A stretch of 64,000 nucleotides of DNA from Puniceicoccaceae bacterium. Its GTDB lineage: Bacteria > Verrucomicrobiota > Verrucomicrobiia > Opitutales > JAFGAQ01. The translations under genes and the position numbers were made by a program. The stretch spans positions 176,768 to 240,767 of the forward strand of contig JANQOQ010000010.1 in assembly GCA_028285755.1 (NCBI GenBank), in the 5' to 3' direction. Numbering within the stretch: position 1 is the stretch's first letter; each line of letters begins with the position of its first letter. Of the stretch, positions 8,244-15,090 are shown piece after piece. Below the pieces are notes generated by a model. The model saw nothing but the letters and a program-made list of their open reading frames with translations, did not search any database and was not told the origin of the DNA.

Positions 8244-9850
8244 TGAATAAACGTAAAGCTAGTTTTGATAAGTGTATTCTTATTGTAGAAGATGATCAGG
8301 ATCATATAGAGGTTATTAGAAGATCCTTCAATACATCACTCAATAAGTATGATTTAAAGTGTTTTTCCACTATCCATGAAGCCCAAAGATGGTTAGAAAA
8401 AAACACGCCTAACTTAGCTATCATCGATTGGAAATTTGAATCTGGGGGTTCTGGTACGGACTTGTTGCCTGGTTATGGGAAAAAGCCTACCTATCCTGTC
8501 ATTGTTATGACAAGCTATGGGAGTGAAGAGCTTGTCGTTGATGTCTTAAAAAAGGGTGCTATAGACTTTATTGTAAAAAGGGCTGAAAGTTTAAGGAATA
8601 TGCGACGCACAGCTGAAAGAGCTATGCGTGAATGGGACCAAAAAGAGAATGTATTATTGGATGAAGAGAGGCTGAAAAGAGCATCAAGATTAGCAGAACT
8701 AGGTTCATTGGCGGGAAGCATAGCACACGAATTAAAAAATTTGATCGGTGCAGTCCAAAACTATGGGGAAATTATCCGAGATGATATTCGCTCTGAAGTC
8801 ATTACTATAAGGACGAATGAGAATATTGATAAACTTCTAAACTGCGTAGATAGCAGCTTAGAAATTATCAGTAAAATACGCAATTACAGTCAACAATTAG
8901 ATTCCCAGTTAGTCGTTTTTGATATTGGTGAAAAAATTCAACAGAGAATCGATTTACTTAAGCCGATATTTCCAAAAAATGTAAATATTGACTACGTAGA
9001 CAAACGGACCGATTCAAGAAGGTTGTATTTTGAATCTAACCCAGATGATTTCCAGTCAATCATAATGAACTTGGTTACCAATGCTCGGGAAGCGATGCCT
9101 GAGCGTGGTGGAGATATTAATATTGAGCTTGAAACGAGACAGGTTTCAGATGGCACTGAAGTTCTAATTAACAATCAAAACCATTGGTTAAACCCAGGCT
9201 ACTATCATTTAATTACAGTAGCTGACACTGGGAAAGGTATGAGCAAAGACACTTTAGATCTAATATTTGAACCGTTCTTTACTCAAAATAAAAAACATGG
9301 AACGGGCCTTGGACTTCCCACGGTAAAAAACTTTGTAAGCCAAAGGGAAGGTATGGTGTGGGCAGAAAGCCAGTATAATAAAGGATCGAAATTCTTTATT
9401 ATGCTTCCTTGTTCAGAAAAACGTCCCGATGAAAATGTACATCCAGAGCTACCAATAGAACTCAAAGGAAACGGCCAGAGTATTTTACTAATTGATGATC
9501 AGCAAAGTTATTTGGATAGCACTAAACAAAGTCTGGAGGCACTAGGATACAGAGTTACAGTATCAGACAATAGCGTAAAATTACTAAATCAGCTCAAGCG
9601 ACAGTATGCAGATAACAAATTACCTTATGACTTGTTAATTACCGATCAATTGATGCCAGAATTAAAAGGATACGATTTATACTTGGAGATCAAGAAGTTA
9701 TATCCGGAATTACCCGCAATTTTAATGACGGGATACGGCGAAATCATGGATGAATATAGGGCCCGCAGGGCAGGATTCAAAGATTTCTGGGAAAAGGGCG
9801 CAGGTAGGAAAGCAATGGCAGAAAGTCTCCACGATATCTTTTCGAAATAG
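8240..9850 (+). CDS. Hybrid REC - HisKA - HATPase - REC histidine kinase
   Basis: N-terminal receiver (ILIVEDDQDH, LAIIDWKF, VIVMTSYG, DFIVK), H-box GSIAHELKNLIG, N-box NLVTNAREAM, DTGKGM, GTGLGLP, and a C-terminal receiver (ILLIDDQQ, DLLITDQLMPELKG, AILMTGYG). The likely true start is ATG 8243, overlapping the previous TGA by 1 nt (TGATG). Confidence 0.9.
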   Translation: MMNKRKASFDKCILIVEDDQDHIEVIRRSFNTSLNKYDLKCFSTIHEAQRWLEKNTPNLAIIDWKFESGGSGTDLLPGYGKKPTYPVIVMTSYGSEELVVDVLKKGAIDFIVKRAESLRNMRRTAERAMREWDQKENVLLDEERLKRASRLAELGSLAGSIAHELKNLIGAVQNYGEIIRDDIRSEVITIRTNENIDKLLNCVDSSLEIISKIRNYSQQLDSQLVVFDIGEKIQQRIDLLKPIFPKNVNIDYVDKRTDSRRLYFESNPDDFQSIIMNLVTNAREAMPERGGDINIELETRQVSDGTEVLINNQNHWLNPGYYHLITVADTGKGMSKDTLDLIFEPFFTQNKKHGTGLGLPTVKNFVSQREGMVWAESQYNKGSKFFIMLPCSEKRPDENVHPELPIELKGNGQSILLIDDQQSYLDSTKQSLEALGYRVTVSDNSVKLLNQLKRQYADNKLPYDLLITDQLMPELKGYDLYLEIKKLYPELPAILMTGYGEIMDEYRARRAGFKDFWEKGAGRKAMAESLHDIFSK

Positions 9851-9857
9851 AATACTT

Positions 9858-11195
9858 ATGACTGAAGAACCTCTAAAGGTTGTAATCGCTGATAATAACG
9901 AAGTTTATTTAGATTCACTTGTTTGCCGCATTAATCAGCGTTTTCCGGGTATTAGCTTGTTCACAGAAAAAGGCGAAGATAGGCGGCAATTAATGCACCT
10001 TCTTGAGCAAGAATCAGTATCACTTCTGGTTACAGACAGGGATAAACCCTATGGGGCTCAGGGGGAAATCAATCTCAGGGCATATAAAACAATTAATCCG
10101 AATATACAAATTGCATTTCACAGCTCAAACATACCAAACAATTTAACCCAAAACCTTAGACCGGGAATAGTTGATTATCTTGTTTCCAAAGAGAACCCAG
10201 AAATCATAGAATCAATTATAGAATCTCTCACGTTAAATCGAAATTTTGAGAATATAATGCTCAATCGGCGTACTGCGTCTAGTTCCTTCGCATTAGCTCA
10301 AGCAATCAAATTTATAAATGATAAAACAAATTTAATGAGGGGTCCCGATAACCCGTCCGGAATTATTGTTGGTGTAGGCATAAGCAATATCCAATCAGAT
10401 AACTTATACATACTTGTTGTAAGTAATGAAGATGTCACAAAATTAAGTTCTTCAGATTTATTCCCACCTGACTTTAATGACTTAAGAGTTGAATTTATTG
10501 CAGTTGGAGTTCCTAAAGCTGCTACTACACCTTTCTCTTGTTCAGGCGGCTCCAGATTATGTCGACATGATGATCCCGAATTTGGTGCTGTCAGTTGCTT
10601 AGTAGAAAAAAAAGGAATAAAATATTTGCTTGGAACGTCACATACGATGGCAGGTTCATCTGGTGCCCAAGTAGGAGATATATTATGTTATTGTAAAATT
10701 GATAGTAATTTAGTTTGTAGTGAGAAAATAGATTGTGCGGCATTATCATACTATGAGAACATATATGAAGGTAATTCTAGTAATAAATGTGATGCTGCAC
10801 TAGCGTTACCCTTCGAAGGTGCTAACATACTGGCAGGAATTAAGAATGTTAAAGCACTTAAACCTAACCTTGGTGATCCCGAGAAAGGTATGAAACTCAC
10901 CATATCAAGCTCAAAAACAAATGAGAAATTAATGGGTGAAATAGATTTAGTTGCTACAAATCTAGCCCCTATAAAGTATAAAAACAAGTGGATAGGTCCA
11001 TTTAGTGATGTTATGTTAGTAAACGGGATCAATGGCCCCATAGGTAGGGGCGGTGATTCAGGAAGTATAGGAATAGATAATGACGGCAACCCGGTAGGAT
11101 TATTTTTTGCAGGTTCGGAAGAACTGTGCGTTGGTTACATGTTCCCCCTTAAGCGAATCTTTAGAGATTTAGAAATTGACCGAATAATAGTTTAA
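9858..11195 (+). CDS. Receiver (REC) domain fused to a chymotrypsin-fold (trypsin-like, S1-type) serine protease
   Basis: Start taken at ATG 9858, 7 nt after the hybrid-kinase stop; the ORF-track start at 9750 lies inside the previous gene. REC-like N-terminus: VVIADNN, SLLVTDRDKP (Asp codon 10035-10037), AFHSS, YLVSKENP. The C-terminal half has the catalytic triad in H-D-S order: LLGTSHTMAG (His codon 10641-10643), KCDAALALP (Asp codon 10791-10793), GRGGDSGSIG (Ser codon 11058-11060). No signal peptide. Confidence 0.75.
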   Translation: MTEEPLKVVIADNNEVYLDSLVCRINQRFPGISLFTEKGEDRRQLMHLLEQESVSLLVTDRDKPYGAQGEINLRAYKTINPNIQIAFHSSNIPNNLTQNLRPGIVDYLVSKENPEIIESIIESLTLNRNFENIMLNRRTASSSFALAQAIKFINDKTNLMRGPDNPSGIIVGVGISNIQSDNLYILVVSNEDVTKLSSSDLFPPDFNDLRVEFIAVGVPKAATTPFSCSGGSRLCRHDDPEFGAVSCLVEKKGIKYLLGTSHTMAGSSGAQVGDILCYCKIDSNLVCSEKIDCAALSYYENIYEGNSSNKCDAALALPFEGANILAGIKNVKALKPNLGDPEKGMKLTISSSKTNEKLMGEIDLVATNLAPIKYKNKWIGPFSDVMLVNGINGPIGRGGDSGSIGIDNDGNPVGLFFAGSEELCVGYMFPLKRIFRDLEIDRIIV

Positions 11196-11219
11196 CATAT
11201 TATAAGGAAGTAGGATACA

Positions 11220-11498
11220 ATGCCACAATTTGATGATAATCACCTAAAAGCACTAAATCTCATGTTAGAATATGGTGATGTGGACGGGTTTGAAGGGTAT
11301 GCAATCAATGAAGTTGATGGTGAAAAGGTTTTAATCTTTCTAATTTCTTCTAAGGATTCGCCTGCTTACGTAAAAATATTGGAAGATAGCCAAGCAGGTA
11401 AATTCGGGGATATCCTTTTAGATTTCAGAATAGTTGGGAATACTACTGCATTTAAAACTCAACGAGTTGCAAGTCATTACAGAACACTCTCTCTTTAA
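11220..11498 (+). CDS. Small (92-aa) protein resembling the linker domain of the upstream REC-protease
   Basis: It starts 24 nt after the protease stop and is co-directional. Hand alignment: GYAINEVDGEKVLIFLISSKD ... KFGDILLDFRIVG versus the protease's GVGISNIQSDNLYILVVSNED ... DFNDLRVEFIAVG (10356-10517). Confidence 0.5.
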   Translation: MPQFDDNHLKALNLMLEYGDVDGFEGYAINEVDGEKVLIFLISSKDSPAYVKILEDSQAGKFGDILLDFRIVGNTTAFKTQRVASHYRTLSL

Positions 11499-11508
11499 TC
11501 TTTTTGTT

Positions 11509-11527
11509 GCTACACATTCGTTGTAGC
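11509..11527. terminator. Short hairpin between convergent genes (possible bidirectional terminator)
   Basis: GCTACA-CATTCGT-TGTAGC (6-bp stem) lies between the stop at 11498 (+) and the stop at 11551 (-), with flanking T/A runs. It is weak. Confidence 0.35.
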
Positions 11528-11550
11528 TTAAAATTGCGACAATTCGGTGT

Positions 11551-12036
11551 TTATTCTAATAACTTCTTTAGAGTCACTTTGCTACTGTTCATTGCTTGTA
11601 CATCCGGCTTAGGTAACGCACTAGATGCGGACATTCTAAATAGTGCCGTCGAACTAGCTCCTGCAGCGATACATGTATAAAAGCTAATACTCTTTTGCGA
11701 ATCAAAATATATAGCTAAAGACGATACAATTCCAATTGTAATCAATACAACAACAAGTGACCAAAATTTTAATGACTTAAACTGAGCTTTAAAATCTTGT
11801 TCAGTAAGCACTCTCCACTTATTTCGTTGCTTTAAAATTTCAGATAATACGGAGCCTATAGCACCTAAAAGGGCTACTACCCACGGGTTTAGCACCAAAC
11901 TAGTTTTTTCATTTTGATTCACTAATTCACTTTCTGATACATTTCCATGTGATGCGTAAATGAAGAAGAAAATTGATATGAATATAGAGGTATATAGCAA
12001 TTTTATGGTTTTATCAGCATTAGGATTCATATCCAA
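11551..12036 (-). CDS. Small polytopic membrane protein (about 4 TM), function unknown
   Basis: Hydrophobic segments LLYTSIFISIFFFIYA, PWVVALLGAIGSVLSEIL, FWSLVVVLITIGIVSSLAIYF and FYTCIAAGASSTALF. It converges on the protease operon. Confidence 0.45.
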   Translation of the reverse strand: MDMNPNADKTIKLLYTSIFISIFFFIYASHGNVSESELVNQNEKTSLVLNPWVVALLGAIGSVLSEILKQRNKWRVLTEQDFKAQFKSLKFWSLVVVLITIGIVSSLAIYFDSQKSISFYTCIAAGASSTALFRMSASSALPKPDVQAMNSSKVTLKKLLE

Positions 12037-12500
12037 AATTCAAAGCATTACATTCTATGATTACAAGAATAATCAAATTGCTCAACAATATATCTTTAAA
12101 ATATAGGCTAATAATTAATATAAAAATTCGACATATTTAATTATTTAAGACACTTGATCGATATGATCAGTGCCTCTTCGACTCATCGTTATTTATCTTT
12201 TGATGATAATGAAATTACGGTATGGCTAACTATTTATAGAATGTTCTTAGCAAGAATTGTTCAGCTTCTTGTGCGATAACAAACTGCCGAAGAGTTTTCC
12301 CTGTTTTCGCACAAACTTCTAAACCCTAAGCCCATTGCTCAATGAACTGTGCAATTTACAACCCACCTACAAATCGGGGCAAGCGTCGAAATGACTAATA
12401 GGAAGTTTGATATTTTCACAATGTGAAGGTGTGTTAGAAACGCTGCAAAATTAGCCATTTGATTATAAGTTATTGTGGTATTTATAGACTCCCTAGTTTT

Positions 12501-12533
12501 TTGCATTTGGAGTGAGGCAAGATGGCATTAATC
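12501..12533 (+). repeat. Copy B (degenerate) of the TTGCATTTG...GGC.T.AAT intergenic motif
   Basis: TTGCATTTGGAGTGAGGCAAGATGGCATTAAT shares the 9-nt head and part of the tail with copies A and C. Confidence 0.35.
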
Positions 12534-12729
12534 GGTTTTTCTATTTGAGCCCGTTTCAGTTTTCATCCGATGTGATTTTGTCCTTAAGTGATAGGCTTTC
12601 ATTCGATAAGGAGTTCATATTCTTTAGTTCGAACCTCAGTTCTCATTGACTCAAAAATGCTCTTTTATTTTTATGATTTAATTGTATTGCCAGAATATTG
12701 CCGTAATCGGTGCAGGATAATGCCTATTT

Positions 12730-12777
12730 TTGCATTTGAGAGCATAATGAGATTGGCTTAAATAAAGGGATTGGCTT
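12730..12777 (+). repeat. Copy C of the TTGCATTTGAGAG motif, followed by a GATTGGCTT direct repeat
   Basis: TTGCATTTGAGAGCATAATGAGATTGGCTTAAATAAAG. GATTGGCTT occurs twice (12751-12759 and 12769-12777). Copy A has an analogous pair, GATTGGCT ... GATTGCTT. Confidence 0.55.
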
Positions 12778-13034
12778 GTTTGTGCGGTTTAGTAATGTGC
12801 TTCCGGAAATTTAAAGTCCCTCCCTCAGCACCATATTTTAAGGGGTATGTCCTGCTCGAATGGTTTCAATTTGCGGAGCTCAAGATCGATATTAGAGTAA
12901 GCGTCTATGCTAACAGCAAGAGCTCATTCAAAATAGTTATTACGCTTAAAGGGAGTTGTTCATGTTGTTTGATAAATAGTATCAAATTTTTTGGAAATTT
13001 TGGGGGATATTGTATCTCTGGGATACTACTATAC

Positions 13035-14756
13035 ATGAAGAATTACTATCTCCATTCTGCATGTAATCCTGCAAGGACTGCGTCCTTTTTTGTTATATTA
13101 TTAATTGTTTTCCAACTAAGCGTTTGGGAGCTGCTGTCTCAGCAAAAGACTGAGGCTCCCAGTAGGCCGGAAAATTTTGAACCTTACATTTACAAATATA
13201 CTACCCAAGAGCTTACGAAGTATACAGATGACCTCATTGCGAAAGCCGAACAGGCACTGGCAGAGATGGATGAAGTCATCCATAATGGCCCATACAAAGC
13301 AACCTTTACATCCCTTTCAAATCATGAAACCCCTGAGTGGTTTCAAGATGCGAAGTTTGGTGTAGCCCTCAATCATAGTATTTACAGCATCCCGGGATAT
13401 GGCCCGCGGGGATATGGGGGTAACTATTACACCGATGTGTATCTTGACACCATATATCGTGATTCTGACAAGGGTGAGTATTTCAACGAGCACTGGGGCA
13501 GTGATTTTGAGAAAGATGACTTTATTCAATACTTTCACGCCAAAGACGTGGATGCTGAAGAGTATATCCAACTCTTTGCGTCCGCGGGAGCCAAGTATTT
13601 CCTCCACTTCAATATGCATCGTTCTACGGGATTCTTACTTTGGGACAGTAGTTATACCTTTCGGGATTCTGTGGATATGCTGCCTCACCGGGATCTTACC
13701 GGTGAGTTTGTAGAAGCTTGCCGAAAGTATGGCATGCCTTACGGCTTTTACTTAAATCTGGAAGATTCGGAATACCCTCTAGTGGTCAATGATGGCGAAA
13801 TCCACCTAAGGGAATGGACATTCTTGAACGAGCCGTACGTAGCCGTGAATGGGTCCTACGAGACCACCTATCCATTTGTTCCGGAAAAACATGCGAGGCG
13901 GATGCAGGGAAAGATTCCCGTCTACGACTACGTGAAAGACTATTTAGTCCCAGCATCGAAGGAGTTCATCGATAAGTATGAACCGGATTATGTGTTTTTT
14001 GATGGTGGATGGAGACGACCGGCATGGTACTACAAATCTCATGAAATAGTGGCTTACTATTATAACAAATTTGAGGGCAAAAAGGATGTGATGATCAATG
14101 CCAGGATGGGTAATGACATTTATGGTTTGCTTGGGGATGTGGTTACCAGTGAAGGGGGGCAAGTTGATAACCATGTTGAGCTCGGGGTCTGGGAAGAAGC
14201 TCGACCCATTGGCAATAACTTCGCCTATGATTGGCGAGATACTGAAGAGAATATAATTTCCGCAGAGGATTTATTGCACATGTTTATTCGAGTGGTTGCT
14301 GACGGTGGTAACTTGCTATTGATCGTGGGTCCTGATGGAGATGGAGTCATCCCTGATTATCAGGTAAATCGACTGAATTCCATGGGCGAGTGGCTGGATG
14401 TTAACGGGGAGGCAATCTATGAAACCCGTAAAAGCCCTTTGAGGTATGAAGATAACATTAAGGGGAAAAACGTTTTCTACACTCAAAGCAAAGATGGTAA
14501 ATACACTTATGCCATTTGCATGAAATTAGATGATTACAAAATTTTGTTATCCAAGGCCAGGGCAAGGCCAAATAGTGAAGTGAAATTACTCGGCTACGAC
14601 GGGCGGATATCATGGACTAATTTCCCATGGGGCTTAACCATTCAGATTCCCGAAGAAATGCAGGAAGAATCCAATCGACCCAGTAAACATGCATGGGTAT
14701 TCCGCTTCGAGAGGGAGCAAGCCGAAGACAACCAACCAGCTATTCAGGCTGAATAG
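13035..14756 (+). CDS. Alpha-L-fucosidase, glycoside hydrolase family 29
   Basis: TPEWFQDAKFGV, AGAKYFLHFNMHRSTGFLLWDS and GGNLLLIVGPDGDGVIPDYQVNRLNSMGEWLDVNGEAIY are GH29-typical. The ORF track starts at TTG 12771, but ATG 13035 (MKNYYLHS...FFVILLIVFQLSVW) gives a signal-like N-terminus. Confidence 0.85.
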   Translation: MKNYYLHSACNPARTASFFVILLIVFQLSVWELLSQQKTEAPSRPENFEPYIYKYTTQELTKYTDDLIAKAEQALAEMDEVIHNGPYKATFTSLSNHETPEWFQDAKFGVALNHSIYSIPGYGPRGYGGNYYTDVYLDTIYRDSDKGEYFNEHWGSDFEKDDFIQYFHAKDVDAEEYIQLFASAGAKYFLHFNMHRSTGFLLWDSSYTFRDSVDMLPHRDLTGEFVEACRKYGMPYGFYLNLEDSEYPLVVNDGEIHLREWTFLNEPYVAVNGSYETTYPFVPEKHARRMQGKIPVYDYVKDYLVPASKEFIDKYEPDYVFFDGGWRRPAWYYKSHEIVAYYYNKFEGKKDVMINARMGNDIYGLLGDVVTSEGGQVDNHVELGVWEEARPIGNNFAYDWRDTEENIISAEDLLHMFIRVVADGGNLLLIVGPDGDGVIPDYQVNRLNSMGEWLDVNGEAIYETRKSPLRYEDNIKGKNVFYTQSKDGKYTYAICMKLDDYKILLSKARARPNSEVKLLGYDGRISWTNFPWGLTIQIPEEMQEESNRPSKHAWVFRFEREQAEDNQPAIQAE

Positions 14757-15090
14757 GAGCTCGGATAATGGTCTACTACCGGGCAGGGGGTATATACCTT
14801 ATTAGTGATGCTTTCGAAGCCCTGCACAGGCATCGTTAATGACGGTATTATCATAGGCTACAGATAATATCTCGCATGTGTTTTTTAAAATTTGGGAGAT
14901 AGGATCTGAGGGTTTTGTGTTCTAATGACACGAGAATATGTGATTAGAATGCAGAATAGGTTACATTAGAATTAGTATTGGTTATTATGGTTGTAGATAG
15001 TGTAGCGAAATTATGCTAAGCTTTCATATAGCTCTACAAACCATTACCCATAGTACCTAAGATGTGACTTATTAAAGAACGATACCTATT

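Larger units (their letters stand above)
1..12300. mobile_element. AT-rich accessory island (left end outside window, right end approximate) carrying a tyrosine recombinase and cargo operons
   Basis: Base composition is visibly lower in G+C than the rest of the window (hand-sampled lines only). An integrase lies at 1746-2723, intergenic regions are very AT-rich, and the gene content is unrelated to the glycan-utilisation genes on the right. No flanking direct repeats could be defined because the left border is outside the window. Confidence 0.5.

Noticed and set aside
9750-9857. Upstream part of the 481-aa ORF overlapping the 3' end of the hybrid kinase gene
   Set aside because: It lies entirely inside the C-terminal receiver coding region of the previous gene in another frame. 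ATG 9858, 7 nt after the kinase stop, starts directly with a receiver-domain beta-1 strand.
12627-12635. GTTCGAACC, reminiscent of a tRNA T-loop, as a possible attR tRNA fragment at the island border
   Set aside because: The flanking bases do not form a T-stem or acceptor stem (tttag versus ctcag are not complementary). It is most likely a chance match.
12771-13034. 5' extension of the GH29 ORF in the six-frame track (TTG start, MACLCGLVMCFRKF...)
   Set aside because: The extension has an odd Cys/Phe-rich composition and no signal peptide or domain. It also lies in the repeat-containing non-coding junction. The internal ATG at 13035 gives a normal signal-peptide N-terminus for an exported GH29.
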